Shown here in pieces: positions 36,331 through 45,242 of a stretch of DNA of 64,000 nt; position 1 is the stretch's first letter; the number at the start of each line of letters is the position of its first letter. Below the pieces are notes generated by a model. That model searched no databases, had not been told where the DNA came from, and saw only the letters and a list, made by a program, of their open reading frames with translations. Made by a program: the position numbers and the translations under genes. Source of the stretch: Bacillota bacterium (GTDB lineage Bacteria; Bacillota_I; Bacilli_A; RF39; UBA660); assembly GCA_023391185.1 (NCBI GenBank), contig JAEWBI010000037.1:8733-72732 (forward strand). Direction: 5' to 3'.

Positions 36331-36564
36331 ATGAGAGATACAGAAATGGAATATGTTAATGTTCCCACTTATATAGAAAAATCAGTTAAAAAGTTATTTA
36401 AATTAAAGAATACTGAAAAGGAGTTAGTAATGCAAATAAAGGATTACATGACTACACACAATATTCCGACAGAAACACCATTACAGCTATTAAAAAATAT
36501 ACCCGATGAAGAAGTAAACCCTAATCAAATGAAATTAGATATGGAAACAGGGGAAGTTAGATAA
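36331..36564 (+). CDS. hypothetical protein
   Basis: 77-aa ORF with RBS AGGAGGAA. Confidence 0.6.
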   Translation: MRDTEMEYVNVPTYIEKSVKKLFKLKNTEKELVMQIKDYMTTHNIPTETPLQLLKNIPDEEVNPNQMKLDMETGEVR

Positions 36565-36588
36565 CTATGACTAAGAAAGAAGAAACAA

Positions 36589-37020
36589 ATGATAAATAGA
36601 GCGCTTTTTAGTTTTAATAAAAATGGTGATGTTGAAAGATTAAAAGATTATGAGGTAATAGTCCAGCATAAATATAAGGATGGTTTAGGATTAATTACTT
36701 ATTGTTACAAAGCTTTAAATATGGAGGATGTAGAAAAAATAGCATCTAAACAAATACCAAAAGATTATATCATTATAAAAATTCAGGAAACGGGAATATC
36801 AAACAAAATTAAAGAGAAAAATATTCCATTAAAAAGACCAATAACAAGGAAAAAACACGATGATTATCATCATGAATTAAATTTATCTAAAAATAAAGAT
36901 AACAAAGTTTCTTCCGTTTTAATACCTTTGGAAGAATATAAAGAATTATTAATTACAAAAGGTATGTATCAAGAACAAAATAGATGTAAAATTGTTGTTC
37001 AAATGCAGTCAAAAAAATAG
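36589..37020 (+). CDS. hypothetical protein
   Basis: 143-aa ORF in the early operon. Confidence 0.55.
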   Translation: MINRALFSFNKNGDVERLKDYEVIVQHKYKDGLGLITYCYKALNMEDVEKIASKQIPKDYIIIKIQETGISNKIKEKNIPLKRPITRKKHDDYHHELNLSKNKDNKVSSVLIPLEEYKELLITKGMYQEQNRCKIVVQMQSKK

Positions 37021-37030
37021 GAGGTAAAAA

Positions 37031-37255
37031 ATGATAACGGAAAAAGAAAAAATTGAATTAGTAAAAGCATTAACAGAAATGTTTACTAAATATAATTTAA
37101 AAGAAATTAATTGTAGTATTTATACATCTCATCCAATGAAAGACGGGAAAATTATTAATAAAGATTTGTTACATTTAAAGATAAAAGATAATCATGATTT
37201 TAAACTTGAAGATACTTATTTTGATACATTGGAGGATAGAATATGTTTGAAATAA
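37031..37255 (+). CDS. hypothetical protein
   Basis: 74-aa ORF with RBS AGGAGGT. Confidence 0.6.
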   Translation: MITEKEKIELVKALTEMFTKYNLKEINCSIYTSHPMKDGKIINKDLLHLKIKDNHDFKLEDTYFDTLEDRICLK

Positions 37256-37476
37256 ATAAAGACGGTATATTAACGTATTCAATTGAAAAAATCCATTTAA
37301 AGAAAGATGATGTTTTGTTATTTATGTATAATGGAGATTTAACTTCAGAACAACTTAAACACATGACTTTTAATGTCCCAGAAGTTTTGAAAAATAGAAT
37401 ATTATTAATTACTAATAAAATTAAAGTTGTCCATATAGATAACGAAATATCGGTAAATGAGACAGACAATGAATGA
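37243..37476 (+). CDS. hypothetical protein
   Basis: 77-aa ORF with RBS GGAGGA; overlaps neighbours by a few codons. Confidence 0.6.
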   Translation: MFEINKDGILTYSIEKIHLKKDDVLLFMYNGDLTSEQLKHMTFNVPEVLKNRILLITNKIKVVHIDNEISVNETDNE

Positions 37477-38155
37477 ATCAAAATTAAAAGTAAGTAAAAA
37501 AATAATTCAAAAGATTAAAAATTTATTAGCTTTATCAAAAAATAATTCTAATCAAAATGAAGCTTATAATTCAATGTTACTAGCACAAAAATTAATGATG
37601 AAATATAAGATTGAGATATCTGAATTAGAATTAGAAGATAAAGAAGGTATTGTTGAGCAAATATATAATACAAAAAAAGGAATATGGCGAAAGTTATTAA
37701 TTAAAGAAATATCAGTTAATTTCAATTGTGATGTCTATTTGAGAGGTAATGTCATTATCATTATGGGAACACCAGAAGATATAGAGATAACAAAAATAAT
37801 GTATGAATACTCAGAAGAACAAGTAATTTTACAATTTAAAGCACTTTTAAAAGATGAATATGATTTAGGTTCTTCTGATATTAAATATAGAAATATGCTC
37901 TTTAGAAGTTATGCTTATGGCTTTATAACTGGCTTAGATTTGAAGTTTAAAGAACAAAAACAAAAATATCAAGATGAGTGGGGATTAGTACTAGTAAATA
38001 AAGATTTAGAAGATTATAGAGAATCAAAACAAATCAAAAAAACTAGAACATATAACACTTCTGATATAGATAGATATGCCAGTAGAAAAGGTCAAAATGA
38101 CGGATATAATATGTCTAATCCAAATGTAATTGAAAACAAATCGGAGGTACATTAA
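37457..38155 (+). CDS. DUF2786-like protein
   Basis: N-terminal KKIQKIKNLLALSKNNSNQNEAYNSMLLAQKLMMKY matches the DUF2786 signature common in phage replication regions. Confidence 0.6.
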   Translation: MRQTMNESKLKVSKKIIQKIKNLLALSKNNSNQNEAYNSMLLAQKLMMKYKIEISELELEDKEGIVEQIYNTKKGIWRKLLIKEISVNFNCDVYLRGNVIIIMGTPEDIEITKIMYEYSEEQVILQFKALLKDEYDLGSSDIKYRNMLFRSYAYGFITGLDLKFKEQKQKYQDEWGLVLVNKDLEDYRESKQIKKTRTYNTSDIDRYASRKGQNDGYNMSNPNVIENKSEVH

Positions 38156-38156
38156 A

Positions 38157-38390
38157 ATGTTTGAGTTAGAATCAAAAATAAAATATGATATTCAAATGAT
38201 ACAAGATGCAGGAAATGATTTATCAGAATACATTGTTGTTCTTAATGGCAAAAAGTATTTTAAAACTGGTGATTATAACGTTTATGGTGTTCCGATCGTA
38301 TTTGATTTAGATGCACCTATTGAATTTGAATTTATTGTAATAAATAAAATTGAATATAAAAATATCAAAAAAAATAAAAAGGAGGTTTAA
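38157..38390 (+). CDS. hypothetical protein
   Basis: RBS GGAGGT then ATG 38157, immediately after the upstream stop. Confidence 0.55.
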   Translation: MFELESKIKYDIQMIQDAGNDLSEYIVVLNGKKYFKTGDYNVYGVPIVFDLDAPIEFEFIVINKIEYKNIKKNKKEV

Positions 38391-38391
38391 T

Positions 38392-38664
38392 ATGTATGGA
38401 TTTTTAACGTTGCAAGACGCAGAAAAATTATACAATGATGGTTTTGCTATTATTTGTGATGCTGATAGCGAAAACGCATTTATAAAAAATGATGAATTAG
38501 AATATGCTGAATATTTAGCATCTAAAGTAGACGTAATTACTGAGATATTTAGTAATATAGGCAAGACTTTTTTAAATGCATTTGGTAAAGCATTTATTTC
38601 AGTAGGACAAGCTTTAACTAATGTAGGTAAGTCTTTAGTTTGTGAAGAAAGCGAGGATAACTAA
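38392..38664 (+). CDS. hypothetical protein
   Basis: RBS AAGGAGG then ATG 38392. Confidence 0.55.
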   Translation: MYGFLTLQDAEKLYNDGFAIICDADSENAFIKNDELEYAEYLASKVDVITEIFSNIGKTFLNAFGKAFISVGQALTNVGKSLVCEESEDN

Positions 38665-38751
38665 TATGGATAATATATATATCACTATAATTATATGTAT
38701 AACTTTAATTATACTTAGTGTTCTACAAAAATTAAAGAAGTAGGTGATGGT

Positions 38752-39537
38752 ATGAATGAAAAAAAATATTATTGGATAAAGCTAAAAGATAATTTTTTTG
38801 GAAGAGATGAAATTGATTTCTTACTTTCTCAAAAGAATGGATGTGAATATATAGTCTTATATCAAATGTTATGTTTAAATACATGCAATAACGATGGAAG
38901 ATTGGAATCAAAGATAGGCGAGGCAATAATTCCTTATAATCCTGAAAAAATATCTAGAGATACAAAATTCTTTGATGTTGATACAGTAATAGTTGCACTT
39001 GAATTGTATAAGAAATTAGGATTGATATACGAAGGTGATGATAAAGTTCTTAAAATATCTCAATTTGATAACTTAGTAGGTAGTGAAACAAAATACGCGG
39101 AGAAAATGAGAAAATATCGCGAAAAATTAGGAAACAAGCCGAAAGAAATAGGCTACAATGTAACCGACAATGTAACCTACAATGTCCGACAAGATAAAGA
39201 GATAGATAAAGAGATAGATAAAGAGATAGATAAAGATATTATTCTAACGAATAATACTATATATGATTTTTTAGAAAATAATTTTGGTCGTACTATTAGT
39301 CCCATTGAATATGAAAAAATAAATTGTTGGATTCAAGAATTTAATGAAGAATTTGTTAAGCATGCAATTCAAACAGCAGTATTTTCAAATGTTAAGACTT
39401 TTAAGTATGTTGAAGGTATTTTGAAAAATTGGAAAGCTAATGGATTTAAAACTATCCAAGATATAAAAGAAAGAGAAGCTGTAATATCGAAACCTGTTGA
39501 ATTAGAAGAAGAATATGATTGGTTGAATGAGGATTAG
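38752..39537 (+). CDS. phage replisome organizer (N-terminal rep_org domain plus C-terminal DnaD-like domain)
   Basis: KKYYWIKLKDNFFGRDEIDFLLSQKNGCEYIVLYQMLCL is the typical phage_rep_org_N start. The C-terminus FLENNFGRTISPIEYEKINCWIQEF...TFKYVEGILKNWKANGFKT is DnaD-like. Confidence 0.8.
   Translation: MNEKKYYWIKLKDNFFGRDEIDFLLSQKNGCEYIVLYQMLCLNTCNNDGRLESKIGEAIIPYNPEKISRDTKFFDVDTVIVALELYKKLGLIYEGDDKVLKISQFDNLVGSETKYAEKMRKYREKLGNKPKEIGYNVTDNVTYNVRQDKEIDKEIDKEIDKDIILTNNTIYDFLENNFGRTISPIEYEKINCWIQEFNEEFVKHAIQTAVFSNVKTFKYVEGILKNWKANGFKTIQDIKEREAVISKPVELEEEYDWLNED
39153..39238. repeat. two sets of tandem 12-nt direct repeats (iteron-like) in the linker of the replisome-organizer gene
   Basis: 3 x C(T/G)ACAATGT(A/C)(A/C)(C/G) at 39153-39188, and 3.8 x GATAAAGAGATA at 39193-39238 (encoding DKEIDKEIDKEIDKD). 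Confidence 0.6.
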
Positions 39538-39546
39538 GTGATAAAG

Positions 39547-39951
39547 ATGACAATTAAAGATTTATCAGAATACTCTGCTATTTCAAAACAAGTATTTCAG
39601 CTTACTCAAAAGATAAAGGAACTTGAAGATAATCCTATAAGTACACCAACTATAACAGGTATGCCTTCTTCAAATCAAATTTCAAATCCAACTGAATCAA
39701 TGGCTACTAAAATAATCAAATTAAAAGATATATTAAATAATAAATTATTAAAACTTTTAGATGAAGAAATAGCCGTTGAAAGATTTATATCAACTATTTC
39801 AGATAAAGAAATTCAAACAATGATACGAATGCGATTTTTAAATTTATGTGATTGGAAAGATATAGGTAAAGAATTTCATTGTGATAGAACGACCGTCTAT
39901 TACAAAATTAAAAGGTATCTAGAAAAACACGCAATTAAAGGAGGTATGTGA
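39547..39951 (+). CDS. putative late-gene transcriptional regulator (sigma-70 region-4-like HTH; RinA/ArpU/DUF1492-type position)
   Basis: The C-terminus EIQTMIRMRFLNLCDWKDIGKEFHCDRTTVYYKIKRYLEK looks like a region-4 HTH. It is located between the replication and packaging modules. Confidence 0.5.
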   Translation: MTIKDLSEYSAISKQVFQLTQKIKELEDNPISTPTITGMPSSNQISNPTESMATKIIKLKDILNNKLLKLLDEEIAVERFISTISDKEIQTMIRMRFLNLCDWKDIGKEFHCDRTTVYYKIKRYLEKHAIKGGM

Positions 39952-39952
39952 T

Positions 39953-40141
39953 TTGAATCAATACACAGGTTATAATGATTATTTTGATAAAAAGATATGT
40001 GTTGGTGATACTGTAGTTGCAGGAACTAAATATGTTGTTATAAATGATAATGGAATATATAAATTAAGTGGTAGTGGATGCTTAAATGAATTTGAATTAA
40101 AATATTTGCATGACCTACTTAGTAAAGAAGTTGAAGCATAA
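39953..40141 (+). CDS. hypothetical protein
   Basis: TTG start 8 nt after RBS AAAGGAGG. Confidence 0.45.
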   Translation: MNQYTGYNDYFDKKICVGDTVVAGTKYVVINDNGIYKLSGSGCLNEFELKYLHDLLSKEVEA

Positions 40142-40142
40142 T

Positions 40143-40436
40143 ATGAAAACTAAAATTAAACAACCTCTATTTTCAAAAAAAACTTTAGATATTATAATTA
40201 ATATTCCAATCTATTTTAAATTACTAAAAAGATGCAACTATTTAGAAAATGAAGTTGATGTATTAAAAACTGTAATTAAAGATGATTTATATAAAGAGTT
40301 TATGAAAAAGTATAATGAGCCACTAGAAAATCAACGATTAAAAGAGAATGATAAAAATTTAAGATTAAAAATCAAACAATTAAAATTACAACGTGATGAA
40401 GCAATAGCAAAATCAACTGAAAAGGTGAAAAAATGA
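40143..40436 (+). CDS. hypothetical coiled-coil protein
   Basis: ORF with a charged heptad-like C-terminus (LENQRLKENDKNLRLKIKQLKLQRDEAIAK). Confidence 0.45.
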   Translation: MKTKIKQPLFSKKTLDIIINIPIYFKLLKRCNYLENEVDVLKTVIKDDLYKEFMKKYNEPLENQRLKENDKNLRLKIKQLKLQRDEAIAKSTEKVKK

Positions 40437-40630
40437 AATGTAAAAGTTGCAAGTATTTATATTTTATAAAAGGCAATGGTTCTCCATCAAGATATTACTG
40501 TAGCAATGAGATATTATTTCAAAAAAAACATTGCGGTTCTGTATTAATAAGTAGATGTGATAGACATTCTAATGAATTAAAAATTAAAAGTAGTCCTAAT
40601 TGGTGTCCTTTGAAAGAAGGAAGTAAATGA
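40433..40630 (+). CDS. small Cys-rich protein
   Basis: 65 aa with CKSC...C...C...C...C; ATGA-coupled to neighbours. Confidence 0.5.
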   Translation: MKCKSCKYLYFIKGNGSPSRYYCSNEILFQKKHCGSVLISRCDRHSNELKIKSSPNWCPLKEGSK

Positions 40631-40818
40631 ACATAAAAGAATCAATGATTATCTTATTTAATTCATTCATTATTATATTTCTAATATTTATATGTATTTT
40701 AGGTATTCTATTATTTGGAAAATTGCTTCATAATGAATGTTATCTAAGTAAAACAGGATATTTAATTTGTGATTATCAAGGCGACAATTTAGAAAAAGAG
40801 GTTGATGCAAATGAATAA
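40627..40818 (+). CDS. small membrane protein
   Basis: 63 aa with one TM (MIILFNSFIIIFLIFICILGILLF). Confidence 0.5.
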   Translation: MNIKESMIILFNSFIIIFLIFICILGILLFGKLLHNECYLSKTGYLICDYQGDNLEKEVDANE

Positions 40819-40987
40819 ATATCATTTTGAATCATATATATACTTTTCTATCAAAGATATATCACTAGGAATAAATATATTTAGTGATAAAAGATTAGTG
40901 TATGGTACAAAAGGAAGAGTTACAGGAATAGAAGTTAATTTATTATTCTTTCATTTTAAAATTGGAATAGTTAGGAGTGGATTTTAA
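40802..40987 (+). CDS. hypothetical protein
   Basis: 61-aa ORF, last of the early operon. Confidence 0.35.
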   Translation: MMQMNKYHFESYIYFSIKDISLGINIFSDKRLVYGTKGRVTGIEVNLLFFHFKIGIVRSGF

Positions 40988-41044
40988 TAAGAAGTTAAGA
41001 ATAATAGATGTATTGTTAAGTGTAACTAATGTATAAATCACAAG

Positions 41045-41133
41045 TTTCACATATTACACACGAGATATGTGTTATAGTGTAAATGTAAAATAGTGAATTC
41101 AAAAACAAACAGTAAAATGTTTGTTTTTTGTTG
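41045..41133 (+). repeat. repeat R1: conserved structured element with extended -10-like motif plus intrinsic terminator, upstream of HNH
   Basis: About 85% identical by eye to 43887-43977. Contains CACACGAGATATGTG, TGtTATAGT (41070-41078) and hairpin AAACAAACA-gtaaaa-TGTTTGTTT (41103-41126) plus T-run. Confidence 0.75.
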
Positions 41134-41145
41134 CGAGGGGAATAT

Positions 41146-41571
41146 ATGTTAAAAAGTTGCGGTAGATGTGGTGGAATCCATGATGCTAATTATACTTGTT
41201 ATAAAGGTAAGAGTAATAATAAATATACTAAAGCAGATATGTTTAGAAAGTCTTATTCATGGCTAAAAAAGAGTACAAATATAAAAGAAAGAGATAAGTA
41301 TTTATGTAGATGTTGTATATCAAATATATATAATACTACTAATATTTATAACTTTAATAAACTTGAAGCACATCATATAGTACCAATAAATGAAGATTAC
41401 TCAAAAAGGTTAGATGATGATAACTTAGTCACTCTTTGTTGTTACCATCATAAGCTTGCGGATAATAATATTATTCCTAGAAAAATATTGACCTTACTAA
41501 CTGATGAGAACTGTAATTTTAAAGAAGTTCAAGACCTAGAGGTACATAATAATACCCCCCCACTTTGTTGA
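41146..41571 (+). CDS. HNH endonuclease (terminase-associated)
   Basis: CGRCGG...CRCC zinc knuckles, EAHHIVPI and LCCYHHKLAD HNH motifs. RBS GAGGGG then ATG 41146. Immediately upstream of terS/terL. Confidence 0.88.
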   Translation: MLKSCGRCGGIHDANYTCYKGKSNNKYTKADMFRKSYSWLKKSTNIKERDKYLCRCCISNIYNTTNIYNFNKLEAHHIVPINEDYSKRLDDDNLVTLCCYHHKLADNNIIPRKILTLLTDENCNFKEVQDLEVHNNTPPLC

Positions 41572-41677
41572 GGGGATTTTTTATTACTTAATCTAGACCT
41601 ACTCACAAGTTTCGAATACAAAAAATGCCCAAAATGAAATTTGGAATCAAAAATAAAAAAGAAAAGAGGTGATAAAG

Positions 41678-42136
41678 ATGGGGAGACCTGCAAAAGCAAT
41701 TGATGCAAATTCACAAAAAATGAGTAAAGAGGATAGAAAAAAAAGAGAAGAAGTTGAAAAAGATTTAAGGGGAGATAATAGTAAGTTAAAACCTTTTAAA
41801 TATCTAAATAAAAGACAGAGACAAATATTTAAGTTTATTTTAGAAAACTTGAATGTCAAACTTCTAGGTAATTTAGATGTCTATGTTTTAAATCAAACTG
41901 CAATAACAATTGAAAGGTTAGAAACGATCGAAAAAAAATGTAATGATGATATTGACCTATTATTAAATACAAATTTCAAATCCATGAGAGACATGTATTC
42001 AAAAGATTTCTTTAGATGCTGTAACGAACTATCGTTATCACCACAATCAAGAGCTAAAATTTCTATTGCCTCAGTACCACCACAAAAAAAGACATTGATG
42101 GATATGCTAAGTGATGACGAGGATGATGGTGAATGA
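41678..42136 (+). CDS. terminase small subunit, P27 family
   Basis: MGRPAKAIDANSQKMSKEDRKKREE... and the overall layout are typical of the P27 family. RBS AGAGGTGA. Confidence 0.85.
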   Translation: MGRPAKAIDANSQKMSKEDRKKREEVEKDLRGDNSKLKPFKYLNKRQRQIFKFILENLNVKLLGNLDVYVLNQTAITIERLETIEKKCNDDIDLLLNTNFKSMRDMYSKDFFRCCNELSLSPQSRAKISIASVPPQKKTLMDMLSDDEDDGE

Positions 42137-43884
42137 TACAGAATCATCCTAGTTATGTTTATGCTAAGTTGGTCGTTGAAGGCAAATTAAAACCACCTGA
42201 GTTATTTTACGAATTAAATGGTGAGAAAAAAGTAATATCACCAAAATATGTAAAAAAACAATGTAAGGTATTTTTAGATATAGCAGATAATAAATCAGAT
42301 AAATACATGATTAATGAAAAGCGAGTAGGAAAGATTGATAAGATATGCAAGATATTAGTTATGGCAAAAGGTATCAAAGCTAGAGAAAAGATATACGATG
42401 CCCTAGCAGGATATCAGTGGTTATTGATAGTAGCTAGTTTATGTACTGTTTATAGAGATGATAAAAAGAAAAGAAGATATGAAACAGTTATTTTAGAGAT
42501 ATGTAGAAAAAATGGAAAAACATTTATTGTTGCCTTTTTATTTTTACTTCTTTTTTATTTAGAACCTAAATATTCAAGATTCTTTAGTGTTGCTCCAGAT
42601 GGTGCGTTAGCAAAAGAAATAAAGCAAGCATTAGAACCACTTATAAAAGCTAATATAGATGTCTTTGAAGATGGGGAGTTTAAAATATTAAGAGATAGTA
42701 TTAAACATTTACCAACTGAAACGGTTTATACACCACTTAATTATTCTACTTCAAGAATGGATGGCAAAGAGCCAACAATTTTTATTGCTGATGAAGTTGG
42801 AGCATTACCAAGCCCTTATGCAGTTGAAGCAATGAGGTCAGGGCAATTACTTGTAGTAAATAAATTAGGTTTTATAATTTCAACGAAATATCCAACAATT
42901 GATAATCCATTAGAAGATGAAGTAAAGTATGTAAAAAAAGTGTTAGATGGAATTATAGAAGATGAAACAATATTTGCACTACTATATGAACCTGACGAAA
43001 CAAAGGACTGGACAACTGATGATAATATAATTTTACAATCAAATCCACTAGCCTTAGAATTAGAAGTTGTATACAAAGATTTAATATCCAAAAGAAAAAA
43101 AGCAATTGAAAGAGAATCATTACGTGAAAATTTTTTGACAAAGCATTGTAATATTATTTATCAAGGGGCAGGTACTGAATCATTTATTGATGTTAGTGAA
43201 GTTCAAAAATGTAAGGTTGAAAAAATAGATTGGACTGGTAGAAGTGTATATCTTGGAGTCGATCTAGCGATGACAAATGATAATTGTTCTGTTGCTATGG
43301 CATCAGAAGCTGATGATAAGATATTAGCTGATGTAATTGCTTTTATTCCAGAAGGACGAATAGAAGAAAAGAATCAATTTGAAAAGATTAATTATTATGA
43401 ATTTATTAATGCTCTAAAATGTATTGCTTGTGGTGATAAGACAGTAGACTATAAAGTCATAGAAGATTTTGTATTTAAAATAGAAGAAAAATATGATGTT
43501 ACAGTTATGGGAATAGGATATGATAGATATAATGCCCTATCATCAGCACAAAAATGGGAATCAGGTTCTAGAATAGATGGAGTTGATTATCATGGATATA
43601 CTGCAGTTCAAATTAGACAACATAGTGATACACTTCACCCACCGACTAAATTACTATACGAAAAAATAATGGATGGAAAGTTTGAATACGAAGAGAATAA
43701 ATTATTAGAGATTAATTTTCAAAATGCGAAATGCACGTATGATACAAACATGAATAGATATGTCAATAAAAAGAAATCTAATGGAAAAGTAGATATGGTA
43801 ATTTCACTTATAAATGCTACTTATTTATTACAACAAGAAGTATTTTTAGGTAACGGTAATTTCTTTGTTCAAGTTATAGAATAA
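42133..43884 (+). CDS. terminase large subunit
   Basis: 583 aa, Terminase_1-type: Walker A-like ICRKNGKT, FIADEVG Walker B, C-terminal nuclease (LGVDLAMTNDNCSV...GYDRYN...DMVISL). Confidence 0.93.
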   Translation: MIQNHPSYVYAKLVVEGKLKPPELFYELNGEKKVISPKYVKKQCKVFLDIADNKSDKYMINEKRVGKIDKICKILVMAKGIKAREKIYDALAGYQWLLIVASLCTVYRDDKKKRRYETVILEICRKNGKTFIVAFLFLLLFYLEPKYSRFFSVAPDGALAKEIKQALEPLIKANIDVFEDGEFKILRDSIKHLPTETVYTPLNYSTSRMDGKEPTIFIADEVGALPSPYAVEAMRSGQLLVVNKLGFIISTKYPTIDNPLEDEVKYVKKVLDGIIEDETIFALLYEPDETKDWTTDDNIILQSNPLALELEVVYKDLISKRKKAIERESLRENFLTKHCNIIYQGAGTESFIDVSEVQKCKVEKIDWTGRSVYLGVDLAMTNDNCSVAMASEADDKILADVIAFIPEGRIEEKNQFEKINYYEFINALKCIACGDKTVDYKVIEDFVFKIEEKYDVTVMGIGYDRYNALSSAQKWESGSRIDGVDYHGYTAVQIRQHSDTLHPPTKLLYEKIMDGKFEYEENKLLEINFQNAKCTYDTNMNRYVNKKKSNGKVDMVISLINATYLLQQEVFLGNGNFFVQVIE

Positions 43885-43886
43885 AC

Positions 43887-43977
43887 TTTCACACTATTCA
43901 CACGAGATATGTGATATAGTGTAAGTGTAGAAAAAACGAAATAAGAAACAAACAGTAAAATGTTTGTTTTTTTGTTG
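43887..43977 (+). repeat. repeat R2: second copy of the promoter-like/terminator element, upstream of portal
   Basis: TGaTATAGT at 43912-43920; identical hairpin AAACAAACA-gtaaaa-TGTTTGTTT (43946-43969) plus T-run. Confidence 0.75.
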
Positions 43978-43994
43978 TTAGGAGGTGATTAAAA

Positions 43995-45242
43995 ATGGCA
44001 TTGCTAGATTTGTTTTTTAAAAAAAGTGAAGAAGAACTAAAGCGTGAGGATACCACTAATACTACTACGGAAGATAATTCAAGTTTTACAGTTGATGATG
44101 TTTTACTTAAAGCTTTATTAACAGGCGAAAAAATCACAAAGGATAAAGCATTATCGCTTCCATCGGTATCATCGTCAGTAGATGAGATATCAAATATAAT
44201 AGCAACATTACCAATAAATCTTTACAAAGAAACTATCGAAGAAGGAAGAAAGACAGTAGAAGAAATTATTGGAGATGATAGATTATATATACTTAATTCT
44301 GATACTGGAGATACTCTAGATACATTCCAACTTAAAAAAGCATTAGTACAAGATTATTTACTTGACAAAGGTGCATACATATATATCGAAAAAGATAAAA
44401 ATAAATTTATCAGTATTAGATATGTTGATGCACAAAATGTTACTCCTCTTAAAAATATTGATTCAATATTTAAAGACGTTCAAATTATGGTTGATGGAAA
44501 AATATATGAGTCATATAATTTTCTTAAAATATTAAGAAGTACAAAAGATGGTGTATCAGGTAAGGGGGTAATTGATGAAGTTTCAAAAGCAATTGAAACA
44601 GCATATACAAATATTTTATATGAACTAAACTTAGTTAAAAAAGGAGGCTCTAAAAAAGGCTTTTTAACATCAGAAAACAAACTTGGTAAGGAAGAGACTC
44701 AGGCTTTAAAAGATGCTTGGGCAAAACTATATAGCAACAGTAGTGAAAATGTGGTTGTATTAAATAAAGGTCTCGATTTTAAAGAAGCATCCAATTCAAG
44801 TGTGGAACTTCAATTAAACGAAAGAAAAAAATCTTTAAGTGATGAAATAAAAGATATATTCCATATAAGTGACGATTACGACAAGACTATTAAGAAAGCA
44901 GTTATTCCGATATTAAGAGCTATTGAAGCATCCTTAAATAAAGACTTTTTACTAGAAAGTGAGAAAAAGTCTTTTTATTTTGCTTTTGATACAAAGGAAA
45001 TTGAAAAAGGTGATATGAAAGCACGTTATCAGGCTTTAAATATTGCTTCTAAATGGATGACTAAAAACGAAATACGTTATATGGAAGATTTGGATGCAAT
45101 TGATGGATTAGATGTTATTCCTTTTGGTCTTGCTGATGTTCTTTACGATGTTAAAAACAAAAAATATTTCACACCTAATACAGGGCAAGTTACTAACACT
45201 CAAAAGTTAAGTGAAGAAGGAGGTGATGAAAATGAAAATTGA
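43995..45242 (+). CDS. portal protein, HK97 family
   Basis: 415 aa following terL; HK97-family portal features by eye; RBS AGGAGGTGA. Confidence 0.9.
   Translation: MALLDLFFKKSEEELKREDTTNTTTEDNSSFTVDDVLLKALLTGEKITKDKALSLPSVSSSVDEISNIIATLPINLYKETIEEGRKTVEEIIGDDRLYILNSDTGDTLDTFQLKKALVQDYLLDKGAYIYIEKDKNKFISIRYVDAQNVTPLKNIDSIFKDVQIMVDGKIYESYNFLKILRSTKDGVSGKGVIDEVSKAIETAYTNILYELNLVKKGGSKKGFLTSENKLGKEETQALKDAWAKLYSNSSENVVVLNKGLDFKEASNSSVELQLNERKKSLSDEIKDIFHISDDYDKTIKKAVIPILRAIEASLNKDFLLESEKKSFYFAFDTKEIEKGDMKARYQALNIASKWMTKNEIRYMEDLDAIDGLDVIPFGLADVLYDVKNKKYFTPNTGQVTNTQKLSEEGGDENEN

Noticed and set aside
39153-39238. Could the short tandem repeats be a mini CRISPR array?
   Set aside because: The 12-nt units are directly abutting with no spacers. 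They lie in frame inside a coding gene, and no cas genes are in the window.
41529-42147. Minus-strand ORFs 41529-41714, 41647-41859 and 41893-42147 over the HNH/terS region
   Set aside because: They are antisense to well-supported terminase genes, with S/L/F-rich translations.
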